A stretch of DNA of 64,000 nt from Octopus sinensis (taxonomy: Eukaryota): assembly GCF_006345805.1 (NCBI RefSeq), contig NC_043003.1, positions 82,336,001 to 82,400,000 of the forward strand, given 5' to 3'. Below, one piece after another: positions 39,150 to 51,559 of the stretch. The stretch's first letter is position 1, and every line of letters begins with the position of its first letter. Both the position numbers and the translations under genes were made by a program. The notes beneath the pieces were generated by a model. It was not told the origin of the DNA. It searched no databases and saw nothing but the letters and a program-made list of their open reading frames with translations.

Positions 39150-42100
39150 ATGTTGAAGTAATGCTGTGTTAAAAAGTAGAGCAGGGTTAAGAAAGATGTC
39201 ACATACGTATTGATTCCAAAATAAAGCATTTATCTGATAAATTGACAGTGAAGAAAACTATAAATATAATTACTAAAATAAACCAAGGGAAATAAATCAA
39301 GTAGGCCAGTGGCATATATATAAATAAATGAATAAATTCATGGATGACGTACGAAATAGTGTACACAAACAATTAAGAACTAATTGAAATTGCCATTTTA
39401 GTTGAAGAGGAACAAAAACAAAGCAATAACATTTATCAACTCTCAAATAAGAAATTAATTACGAGAAATTACGTAGAAATTTCAGAAAATTAATTAACGT
39501 TCTTTAGAGTCATTTGATGTTTGTTTACAATACAGGTAACAGATATCAGAATTAGTTAATCTTATTGAAACCTTACAGCAGTTTAGTGTCACATTCGAGC
39601 ATCTTTCATCTGAAGACAACATGTTTTCGAAGATGGAAATGATATGAAAAGTTTGGACAGTTTTAATGTGCATAATCACCTCGTTTGCATATGCGTTTCA
39701 CAATTTAAAATAGATATTTAGATTCCTGATATTTACTCATTTGACGTGCATTCCTTAGGCCATTTAGTATTTTTAAATATGGGAATTACATGTACGATAT
39801 ATACAAAAATATTTACCACATATAAAATGCTTTGTTGAGTGACCAAGGATATTCGCTTTTAACTTTGTCTTTTGCTGACGACGGGCAACAAAATCTATAT
39901 ATCTCTGTAGCAATCCCCTTGCTTGGTGCACACCGCAACTACTTGAATTCTGCGAAATTGCTTCCAAACTTTGGAAAATTATTTCCCCTTTTCTGTTATT
40001 CACTAGCAAATACCCTCAGATATTTTTTTCTGTTTTTAATAATGACTAAATTCCAAAACAATTAAGGATTTCTAGCATATATCATTTAGTACAGCAAGCC
40101 TTTAATTATTTATATAAATATATATATATATCATATAGACAGTTATTTAAGTAACTTATATTTAACGGCAAAATTATTTAGTATCTCAGAATCGCACATA
40201 AACTTACTAATAGAACCAAAAGCAACTACACACCAGGTAATACTGCCCAAAAATAAACATCATAAATAAAGCAAAGAATACTGCAAGAATCATTTTTGGA
40301 ATTAAAAGCTAAAAGGAAAAAAAAATGAATAAATATACAAAAATTTAGTATATGCAAACGTTTGCATCACTCAATAGTAGAAAAATTGGCCCTCGATTAA
40401 AAATGATGGCAATCTAAATATAGGACTGTACTTCAAAGGCCACAAAAAGATTAAAAAGAAAATATTGGGAAGAGAGAGGAATGTTTTTGAACTATAAGCA
40501 CATTTTACATTTACAATCTAGAAGAAAAAAATACGTAACTCCCAAAACATACACATATATTACCTGAAGTGAACATAAGCCTGATATAGCAATAACATTA
40601 CATCCTAACATACTTGCTAATTTGAAAAGATATATTCTTAAAACCAAAACTATGTCAGACAGTGAAATAGAACACTTAAAAGCTAATACAAAATGAAAAT
40701 ACAAACAATCAACAACAAAAGAATTCAACAAAACGCAAATAATAAATAACATAACATTAAAACTATAAACAACGAGAGAAAAAAAAATTCAGAAAAATAC
40801 TGTTAATGCGATAAAAAAAAATTTAAAATAAACGGTAAAATATAACACAACGAAATCAAACACAATTATGCGTAGAGAGTATCGACCAGTACAAGCTGAA
40901 CTAGAATTACACCAAAGAACATGTGAAAACAATTCAGGTTGAAAGATCTAAAGTTGTAAATTTTGACTTTTACAGTATTCTAAATTTCTAAATGGAGAGA
41001 TGTTCGAGTAGTTAAAATCATTAGATCGATATATGTGTGTGTGCGTATGTATGCGCGCGTATATATACATACATAAACATATATATCTATGTATATATAT
41101 ATATATATATATATATCAAGGAAATACTTCCTTAACTTAAAAAAATAATTATAAATTAGCTAAAACCATTTCAAAACGACTGAAATCTAGGTTTATTACA
41201 GGCACACATGAATCAAAGATGTGAACATCAATATCACCAGGATAAATCAACGAATCTAAACTTGGGAAATCAACATACAGATAAACAGAGGATATAAAAT
41301 AAACGATCACAGCGTACTAAAGGATACAGGCAAGGTAAACAAAAAAAAAAAAAAGAAAAAAGACATACAAGTAAACAAAAAATAACATAAATCAAGAAAA
41401 GAAATAACAGAGATGAAAGAATTCCTAAAACAAAGTACGTCGTTAAATCTCAAAATCTCAGTTATTAAAAGCGACAGCGCGTCTTTGAACTCAGCGGACA
41501 GGTCGTTTCCCCCCATGAAAACTAGTTTATCGGGACCTAGGAGACAAAAGCAAAATATATGCCAAAACAGATCCGAGAGCAGATAAAGTACAGCAACTAG
41601 AGCAGAATGTATGAATAGTTAATGGATTAATCGCGGGCAAGCATAACCTGAACGAGATTCTCTACTTGAGAAAAATTTTGAAAATGAAGAAAGGATAAAC
41701 GATAAACTACTGTACGTTAATAACAAGTGAAAAGGGCCCGGATATGATTAAGTGGAAAATATCCATCTCTCTGTCTGCAAATATATTCACCAAACCTCTA
41801 AAAGAGCTAAAAGAAAAAAGCAACAATTCCGAATGATTTACAATATCAGTCACCAGAATCTAAGAAGAATTAAGACTTTAAAACTTTGCAGATAATTTGG
41901 TAGAGTACTATGTTTACTACTTCTTATTTAGTTTCCTTTCATGTATTTGTATTTTGCAATACTTCGATTTTTCTTCAGAATTTTGGATTCTGGAGATAAG
42001 AGGGTTTCTGAGTTTCAATGTCACAATTAATATCGTTCATGAGTTTACGTTTTGCTTGAGTATTTATATACGGTCACAAACTTAGCTGAAATATTTTTGC

Positions 42101-42239
42101 TCGGAAATAAACTGCTTCATTGAAGAGGCTTTGTGGCTGATCCCTTGTCATGAATCGGAAATAATTGGATGGTCATAGTAATTGAGTTAATGAACGTTAT
42201 TCAAGACGACTTCGTACATATTCAGGACCATAATATCAG

Positions 42240-42415
42240 TTTGTATCCTCTGTTTTTTCCCCATTTTTTTCTCCATTTCTTTCTATCGAAGAGCGTAGGC
42301 TCGAAACTTCAAAGACTCTACCATCTTTTCGGAGCGTCAAACTTGTACACATTACATGTTGTTCTCTCACCCGTCTCTGTCATTTGTTTTTTGTACATTC
42401 AAACCACGAACATAT
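42240..42415 (+). mobile_element. Solo PLE pLTR remnant with decayed HHR-like motif (42278-42315), ending in (AT)n
   Basis: TCTTT-CTATCGA-A-GAGC(GTAG)GCTC-GAAAC-TTC-AAAGA. Confidence 0.65.
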
Positions 42416-42702
42416 ATATTTATATTTATATTTATATCCTCAAACTCAAAAAGATTGTAAAATCAAGAACGATATTGTTCGCAACATTAAAACTCAAAAG
42501 CCCTCTAAAATTCAGAATATATCCGATGAAAGAATCCAAAATTAAAAAAATAAGTAAATAAATGAAAATAATAATGAAAATCATATAGACATACATGTAT
42601 ATACAGGGTAAAAATTATTAAAAATAAAAAAAGATTTTACCGGTGGTTATCAAGCATAATTAGAAGTCAGAAGTCATAAATATTTCTATATTATAAGTGC
42701 AT

Positions 42703-43341
42703 AAGTAACGTGCCTTTAAGACGAATCTAATTTTCGTGGTATGGCTTTTGACTGCCCTTTCTAGCATGCAAGAAATTCACATCGTGTATTTCTCTCTGTG
42801 TATGAAATTTTATGTACGATTATATAGAAATATTTATGTTATCTGACTCCTAATTATGCATGCTGACAACTGGTAAAAAATTATTATTTTTTAATAATTT
42901 TACCCTGTATTTACATAGTTAAATATTTCGATACTTCAGCCGGGTATCACGCTGTGATATTCACTGCGGTTCAACTCTGGCTCGGCACAATGTTTTCAGA
43001 ATATTCAATTTTGAATGCCTGAACTAAGTATACATGTGTTTTTTCGGTTCATATTGTGGTTTCATAATTATGCATTGTTCAGCGATCTTACTGAGGAACT
43101 ACGGATGACCAATTAATCAATTAATTGATTAATTAGTTGATTTAATTGATCATTAATAGAGAAACTCATGGGTATAAGATTGACTGATCTTTTTGATTAA
43201 TGAACCCGCCCGCCTACAAGCAACGTGCCTTTAAAGAAGAATTTTTCTTTTCGCGGTATGGGTCTTGACTGTCCGTTCTATCATGTAAGAAATCCACATG
43301 GTGGGTTTCTCTCTGTGTATAAAATCTTATGCACTATTATC
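42703..43341 (+). repeat. Diverged ~125-bp direct repeat (42703-42826, 43218-43341)
   Basis: AACGTGCCTTTAA...TTTTCG.GGTATGG...TTGACTG...TTTCTCTCTGTGTAT.AAAT in both. Confidence 0.75.
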
Positions 43342-43384
43342 GTGCAAATGATTTTGTTATACGGTACCATTTTTTTTACAATCC

Positions 43385-44140
43385 TGTAAATAATAATAAT
43401 GGTATTTATATAAGCTTAAAGCTTACGGCGATCACCGTGCAATGACTAAGGAAAATAGTCTAATATAGGAGAATATAAGCCCGCGACAGTAAAAAAAAAA
43501 GAAGGCATTCCTATTCGAGTGGGACACGAACACACATCCCTTTGTTAACGCGACTAAGTGTGTTACATTTACACCAGCGAATTAGCATCCATGCTTCTGT
43601 CAAATTTAAGAACTATATTAGTTTGTATTTGTTTTCTGCAAATTTTCTATATGCCTTTGGTGCGAATGGTTTTGTTATACAGCGCCGTGTTTTACAGTCT
43701 TGAAAATAATAATAATGGCATTTATATAAGCTTAAAGTGATCACCGTGACATGACTAAGGAAAATAGTCTAATACTTGGCATATAAGCCTTCGACAGAAG
43801 AAAGAAAGCTTTCCTATTCGCATGGGACTAGAATCTACATCATTTTTTAACGCGACTATGTGTGTTACCTTTACACCAGTGAATTAGAAATTTTGCTTAC
43901 ATAATACAAATACGAACTAATATAGTTCTTCAAGTTGACAAAAATAGGAATGCTAATTCGCTGGTGTAAAGGTAACACACTTAGTCGCTTTAAGGAAAGT
44001 GGTGTGGGCTTGAGTCCACGCAGATAGGAAAGCCTTCTTTTTTCTGTCGGGCGAAGGGCTTTATATGCCCCTTTATTAGACTATTTTCCTTCGTCATTGC
44101 ACGCTGATCGCCGTAAGCTTTAAGCTTATATAAATACAAT
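43385..44140. repeat. Three copies of a unit with a tRNA-like segment: two direct (43385-43702, 43703-43888) and one inverted (43903-44138)
   Basis: Shared TTATATAAGCTTAAAG...GACTAAGGAAAATAGTCTAAT...GTGTGTTAC.TTTACACCAG.GAATTAG. Confidence 0.85.
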
Positions 44141-44902
44141 ACATATATATATTTATATATATAAACTTGGATCCATCACTTTACTCACCTTGTCTTTTTA
44201 CGCTATCATAAAATGACTTTAACCGGCTCACCCTACCTTGCCTTCAGTGGTTTCGTACTTTTCCCGTTTCTTCCCTCTACTTCCAGATACCACATCATCT
44301 CACTCTTCTCACACTATCTCTGCCGTCCTAGCTTTTCATAAATTAATTTTACATCTTACTTTGCTCTCCATAATTTTATCTATTGGAATAAGGACAAATG
44401 TTCCCAATGCTAAATTTTTCACTTTTCGCATCAACTGAGCTACATCGATGTATTTTTCTAACTATGAGTTTTACAGATTAGATTTTAACGATGCAATCCA
44501 CAACCAATTTACTTGGATTGTAGTCTTAATTAAAACATTGTTTAAATTAGAATTGGCTCTAGTAGTTATATCTTCAAAGGCAAAATTTTCCATCTGAATG
44601 TTTTAATATGTGAAAGTCGAAATTAACCAGCCATCGATATTGACAATATTATCAGTAATTCAAGGATGAAATGCTTTAAAAGAATCTCGTTTTAATGGCG
44701 TTATTGGATTGCTGTAAACTAATTTCCGAATTCTCCGTCTTTGTATACACTCAGAGATGCTGTCCTAACAAAGTGAGCTTGCATCCTTCACAAGCCAACG
44801 TATTTTCGTAGAGTCATTTACCAACTTATGACCGACAGATCAACCCATAAAAATTCAGTACTACTTGACCTGCAGCACATGAATTTTTATATATCATTTG
44901 AC

Positions 44903-44904
<2 letters not shown>

Positions 44905-44981
<77 letters not shown>

Positions 44982-45872
44982 CAACAAAAATAACAACATC
45001 AAAAGTACCTTAGGAATGAGAACCCAGGTTCGAAATTTCCCTTGATGAAGGCTGGAGGGTATATCAGCCGAAACGTAAATGTGTTAACAACAAACAAGAT
45101 GAGGACAAATATCTGTCAATTGTAAATAATGTAAATAATGTACATAATTACTCATTTCTTAAATATAGAAATGATTTTAACTTTTTCGGGGTTTTGTTAA
45201 GAAATGTTCTCTGCGAAGTGCTGTCCATGATCCAACTCTTCGTCGAACATGCAACATAAGTACAGATAGATTTATTCTCATGAATATCATACCTTCTAAA
45301 AGGGCATTCGTTTCTCTTTCAGCTATTTTACATTGGCGTAAACTTTTATAAATATTGTAATATTATTTCTCAATTCAGTAATACATTTACGTCAAGCATA
45401 CGCTTCATGTCAATACAGCAGATGTCAATCAATTAGGAGCATTTTAAAGTTGATATAAAACATCGGATGTTCACAAGACAGTCAAGGATACGTGAAGGTA
45501 ACGGAAGCAAAGCTTAATAAGGCAATTCGAATATTATTATTTAAAACTTCAAGAATAACATTCATCGTTCCTCTTATACGCACAAGGTAGGAAACTTTGA
45601 GTGTGGGTATGGATTATTTCGATGCAATTTATTTGAATGGTCTTTTATTTTATTGTGTTTGGGGTTAGAGCGGTAAAGGCGACCTTGAAGAAATTCAAAA
45701 TCAGAGTCTAAAAAACTGATAGAAATGCCGTAAGGCATTTTATGCATAACTCCAAAGATACTAACGACAGACAACAATAATAATGATAATAATAATCATA
45801 ATGATAATAATAATAATAATGATAATAATAATGATAATAATAATAATAATAATAATAATAATATTAATAATG

Positions 45873-45912
<40 letters not shown>

Positions 45913-45945
45913 TAATAATGATAATAATAATAATAATATAATAAT

Positions 45946-45982
<37 letters not shown>

Positions 45983-46011
45983 GAATGATAATAATAATAA
46001 TATTAATAATG

Positions 46012-46042
<31 letters not shown>

Positions 46043-46080
46043 TAATAATAATAATAATAATAGTAATAATAATAATAATA

Positions 46081-46143
<63 letters not shown>

Positions 46144-46173
46144 TAATAATGATGATGATATGATGATGATGAT

Positions 46174-46205
<32 letters not shown>

Positions 46206-46235
46206 TGATGATGATGATGATAATAATAATAGTAA
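44905..46235. repeat. (AAT)n / (GAT)n / (GAC)n microsatellite fields (44905-44980, 45775-46235)
   Basis: Direct reading. Confidence 0.95.
45000..45175 (+). mobile_element. Short PLE-like remnant with degenerate HHR-like motif (45042-45077)
   Basis: TTGATGA-A-GGCTG(GAGGGTATAT)CAGCC-GAAAC-GTA. Confidence 0.5.
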
Positions 46236-46239
46236 TAGT

Positions 46240-46797
46240 AAATGCCCTGATGCAGTACCAGGCAGTGGCTCTCGTGGCTTCTGATCTTAACTGATTGGAA
46301 GTGTTATCATCTACATTGTTTTGTCTTGGTAGAAAAGCTGGGCTACAGCAAATATTCTGCTCAGTACTATAGATTTGCTTGTCAGTTGTTTGAACTTAAC
46401 CAGTTGAGCATACCTCTTAATGGCTGACGATATGTGCATCTCTGATCACGAGCAGAATTAGTGGGGGAGCATCATAGCCATGTGTTGAAAGGAATTTTTT
46501 GGGGTTTGAAAAATTCACCTATGGAAACATGCGTGTTTCGTTCAACATCCTTAAACAACCCTTATTCAGGGACATTTTGAGCGGGATAGGTTACTCGACC
46601 AGAAGAAAATTCGAACTGGGTTCCACCTACAAGGTCATGAGCTGTTTATCTTGATATGAGATCACCATGTGGTGCACATATGTTTGTGATGAATGTGCCT
46701 AGTGTACGCTTATCGGACTGGTAGTCATGATGGGTATACTGGGCGTTGTATATTTTACCCTAGTGTCACTTTCATGACATGCACTGCTCTCTCACTC
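46240..46797 (+). mobile_element. Putative non-autonomous element embedded in (AAT)n
   Basis: ~555-bp non-coding block flanked on both sides by (AAT)n. Repeat status is inferred, not shown within the window. Confidence 0.5.
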
Positions 46798-46903
<106 letters not shown>

Positions 46904-46928
46904 GTAATAATAATAATAATAATACTTA

Positions 46929-47869
46929 ATGCATCTATAAATACATGAGAATATTTGAGGCAGATGGAATCAAACAGCTTAACATGAAGAAATAGACGAA
47001 AAGTGAGTACATGCAGCGAGTGAGAAAAATATTGGCTTCAAAACTGAATGCCAGAATCATAATTTCGGCAATAAACTCACACGCAGTCGCAGTAGTTCGG
47101 TAAGAAGAGGAGTCAAAAAAGATGGTCAGGACGTCAAAAAACCCCTAATGATACATGAAGCCCATCATCCACGTGCTGACTCTGATCGCTTATACATGAA
47201 CAGAGTAAATGGAGGAAGGCTACTGAAAAGTGTGGAAGATTGTGTGCGTATCGAACTCGAGATGTTAATGAGATACTTAACCCAAAGTAAGGAGACCTTG
47301 CTAGTGACAGTTATGAACGAGGGAGTATTGAAAGCAGAGAAAAAAGGGGAAGCAAAGCAAGAGGTACAAAAAGGACATGCAGAAGAATTACGCAAGAAAT
47401 GACTACACTATCAATTCCATGTAGCCACAACAGAAGTTGCTGGAAAAATTAGGTGGGATTGGCTGATGGAAGGAACATTAAAAAAGGAGACCAAAAGCAC
47501 TATACTGGCAGCGCAAGACCAGGATTTCGCCACAAAGTGGGGTGGGGGTGTCAACCTTAGGAATGAGCAAGTGTCTCCGCTGTGCTGCATCTGCAATATA
47601 GTGGATGAAAACACTACAGGTTGTGGTGACACAAACAAGTAGCGGAAGTGCTACATTGGAAACTGCGAAAAGCGGAGGCTAAAGAGGGGCAAGACGTGGT
47701 ATGAGCACAAACTGAAGAAAATAGCAGAGTCGGAGATTAGCAAGATCGGCCAGAATAATCAAGAAAGTATTGGATTGCTAAAAAGAATGGTACCTTAGGC
47801 TGCAGGCAGCAAGTCTGCTACGCATGTAAGACTCCAGGAGCTCCAACAAGACCTGCTATAAAGAGAAAT

Positions 47870-47871
<2 letters not shown>
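46929..47871 (+). mobile_element. R4/Dong-clade non-LTR retrotransposon 3' fragment in (TAA)n
   Basis: RVRKILASKLNA..IISAINSHAV, HHPRADSDRLYMNRVNGGR..SVED, WDWLMEGTLKKETKSTILAAQDQ, VAEVLHW, WYEH. Internal deletions; (AAT)n on both flanks. Confidence 0.85.
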
Positions 47872-47952
<81 letters not shown>

Positions 47953-47954
47953 CA

Positions 47955-48305
47955 TTTCTATTAAAGGCAAAATACCTGAATTTTGAGGGGAGGGCGCTAG
48001 TCGATTACAACTACCCCAATACTCAACTGGTACTTAATTTATCGACCCCGAAATGCTACTAAGCGTTTTGCCCTCTGTGCTAATGATTCCCCCAGCTCAC
48101 CGACTTAATTTATCGACCCCGAAATGCTACTAAGCATTTTACCCTCTGTGCTAATGATTCCCCCAGCTCACCGACTTAATTGATTTCAAATTTAGGCGCG
48201 AGGCCAGCAAGTGCTTGTGAGTGGGTAAGTCGATTACATCAATCTCAGTGCTCAACTGGAACTTATTTCATCGAAACCAAAATGATTCTGCTAGTTCGCC
48301 TCCTT
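47955..48305 (-). mobile_element. Cluster of decayed SINE family C copies containing a 71-bp tandem duplication (48034-48104, 48105-48175)
   Basis: TTAATTTATCGACCCCGAAATGCTACTAAGC...CCCAGCTCACCGAC twice. Confidence 0.8.
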
Positions 48306-48492
48306 TGATTGTAAGAATCATTTCTAATTTAAACGATTTTGAAATGCAGAGTTGAGCTGTCGCCATTTTCCCCACAACGAGGCCGGCTCAATATTTTAAC
48401 AACCAAGGAAAGAAAAATAAAGAAAAATTGACCTCAACGAGATTTGAACTCACTACCTAAAGCGTAGTAGTAGTAGCAGTAGTAGCAGCAGC

Positions 48493-48550
<58 letters not shown>

Positions 48551-48790
48551 AAAAATTGGCACATTGTCAGTACATAATAATTTCAGGTTTGAGGTGCTTT
48601 ATTACTTAATATCAGTGCTAGCAACTAATTGTTGCTAGGTAACACGTATTAAATAAAACGCTGGATTACCACCTCGTGAATTGATTCTGGGTTCTTGACA
48701 GATTCCAAGTGACAGAAATGTATAAACAGATATTAAAATAAAAGTGCTCGTATTGAAATAGCAGACACACTGTCTTAATTTTCTGCATAC

Positions 48791-48830
<40 letters not shown>

Positions 48831-49771
48831 GCACGTATATAAGTATGTATTGTATACATGCAATATATATAAATACGTATGTTCATATATATGTGTGCGT
48901 CTGTGTGTATTTATGTATAAATTACCTAAGAGCACTGCGTGCGTGTGCGTGCGTGCGTGCGTATGTGTGTGTAGAAAATTTGAATGACGTAAATTTTATT
49001 TCAAAATATTTAAATGTTAGCCGTCGGCAAATCATTATTAATGAATCTGGTTGGAAAATGTTGAATACGTTGTCGGTTATAATTTTTCTTTTTGACATAG
49101 CATAATACTGTCTCCGTTGTATACGCCTAGCACACTAGTACTATATTAACGACATATCTGCGTTAATGTTGATCTCCGTAGACATGTCTAATTAATTGCA
49201 GGGCGTTCGTATATATTCTCTTTACAATGTGTTAAATGATTTCAAATTGATTGAAACTCAGGTTATCTTTATCCGTTGACGTTCAAATCTCAATGTAATT
49301 AATTACAAGTGATCAATACAGGTTTTCAAGGGCTTCTTTTCTCTATGGTGACAGACACAAAGTCTTTTGGGGTGGAATTTGTTACACGAAAATAGAATAT
49401 GTTCATCAGGTTGCATTTTACCCACTTTTTATCATTCTCTATCTGAACTCATTATTTAAATGCTAAATGAGTGTTCCAATGAGTAACGAAGCGAGGATTG
49501 ATGACTACTTCAGTGTGCATATTCATCTCTATAACAAAGTAAGAGGTATTTAAAACTCGTGACCCGATAGTTCAATACACCATATGACAACAGGTAACGC
49601 TGCTAAATTTTCGATCGACATGACTTAGATTTCCTCATAGTAGCATACATAATTCATTTCAACCATGGCTTCAAATTCATCCGTGCATAATGAGTAAAAT
49701 AATTTTAGCTGAAAACTGTGCGGAAACTTGACTTATATAACAACATCGTCTCGTCCACGGGGAAGTCTTGC

Positions 49772-50040
49772 AAGGCGGCAAGCTGGCAGAATGGTTAGCA
49801 CGCCGGGCGAAATGCTTAGCAGTATTTCGTCTGCAGCTACGGTCTGAGTTCAAATTCCGCCGAGGTCGACTTTGCCTTTCATCCTTTCGGAGTCAATTAA
49901 ATACGTACCAGTTACGCACTAGGGTCGATATAATCGACTTAATTTGTTTGGCTGTCCTTGTTTGTCCCCTCTGTGTTTAGTCTCTTGTTGGTAGTAAGGA
50001 AATAGGTATATCGTCTGCCACTACGTTCTGAGTTCAAATT
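49772..50040 (+). mobile_element. SINE family C, full copy plus start of a tandem re-entry
   Basis: GGCGGCAAGCTGGCAGAATGGTTAGC...GAGTTCAAATTCCGCCGAGGTCGACTTTGCCTTTCATCC...; 50008-50040 repeats the internal head segment. Confidence 0.9.
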
Positions 50041-50102
50041 AATGAGCGTCAATAAAGTGAATACGATTGGGCATATATATATATATATATTATATATATA
50101 TA

Positions 50103-50160
<58 letters not shown>

Positions 50161-50379
50161 TGTATATGTGTGTGTGTAAGTATGTATGTATGTATGTATA
50201 TGGGGGGGATTAGACAATAAACAAATGTACAGTATTTGTAATGTCATTTTTTCCAACAAGTGGAAGTGATGTTACACGATGGTTCATCGGAAGAAAATTT
50301 GGCGTGATTCTCTTTTATACGACATTTTGTGTTTCATAAATGAAGTTTAGAACTTCTTCGTTACAAATTAAAATAAAGA

Positions 50380-50620
50380 TTGCCAAGAGACTCAGAAATC
50401 CAAAGCTGACCAGCCTTACTGGAACACTGCTCTATTCATAGGTTGACTGATATCCGTTGAACCTTCTTTGACTTCGTTCGTGTTTGTATCTAAGTATTGC
50501 TTTACCTTCTAATAAGCTATCCGTCCACTCCAGGGAATTATGGTACCTAGCGTGAACGCATTGGTGCTGACCTATGTAGCTGCTTCATATCATTTCACAG
50601 CAAGGCAGTCGTACCGATGA
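50380..50620 (-). pseudogene. Possible decayed CR1-like RT C-terminal fragment
   Basis: Minus ERSQRRF...YE...RL..FG.LSL resembles the CR1 E.VQRR...Y.ERL..LGL.SL motif. Confidence 0.35.
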
Positions 50621-51485
50621 ATTCATCCGTGCAAATTTAATCGAAGAACTGAACGTACTTTCTCCGTTATCAATGTATCCACATTTCAGCTTTGTTATGT
50701 TATATACCTCAACAGTAATTCAACAATGGTGTGCTTCTAATAGAATACTCGATCTGTTGAAATTAAGCGCACGGTCTTCTTGAAACGAAGCCATGGCATC
50801 TTACAAAAAGAAGGTCTTAGTGAATAATGAAAACAATAAATTAAATCTAATTAAAATTTCGCAAAACTTCATCCTTCCTTTTTGAATTACAAGTTTATGT
50901 AAGAGATATTTGGTTGCTATTTCTAGCCCAGTTGTGCGACCATGTTGAGGCTCAGTCAATGGCACAGATGGCTGCATCTTGAATTGTCTTGGCAATACGG
51001 CTGACGTAAAGCTGAAGGACATCAACCACACTACTTAGTGGATTCAACAATAGAACATCTATGCGGTCACTGAACTGCTAGAAATATCAGCCTGATCACC
51101 GCAGCTTGATCATGATAAAAGAGCAAAAAACATAAAGACGTCTCACAAACTATGTCCGACTCCACTTCTCTCCTCCTTTCCTGATCCATATATCTTTTTC
51201 ATGCCTCCTGGGCTAACATCAATCATTAGTCCTTCCTCTCTGGAGAGTCGGTCATCTAGAATTCCTTCCATGCACGTGTTTTCTTTCAGCTTAAGCTGAA
51301 CGTTAACGGATAAAAACCATCGGTCTCAGATCGATATGAAGGATATGAACAGCAGGTGTCGCCTAGATTCAATAAAAAGTGAACCACTCCCACTACCGTT
51401 TTCCAGATTTACCAAACCAGAATCATTAATTATCACTTGAGCCAGCAAACTCAATTAATGCATTCAGCAGCAACAGTAGCAACAA

Positions 51486-51559
<74 letters not shown>

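Noticed and set aside
40240-41750. Possible decayed L1/Tx1 ORF2 (KLAKTISKRLKS...FITG)
   Set aside because: One short weak motif in A-rich DNA; not enough to call.
48034-48175. 71-bp tandem pair as a CRISPR-like array
   Set aside because: Two adjacent copies with no spacers, inside a SINE in eukaryotic DNA.
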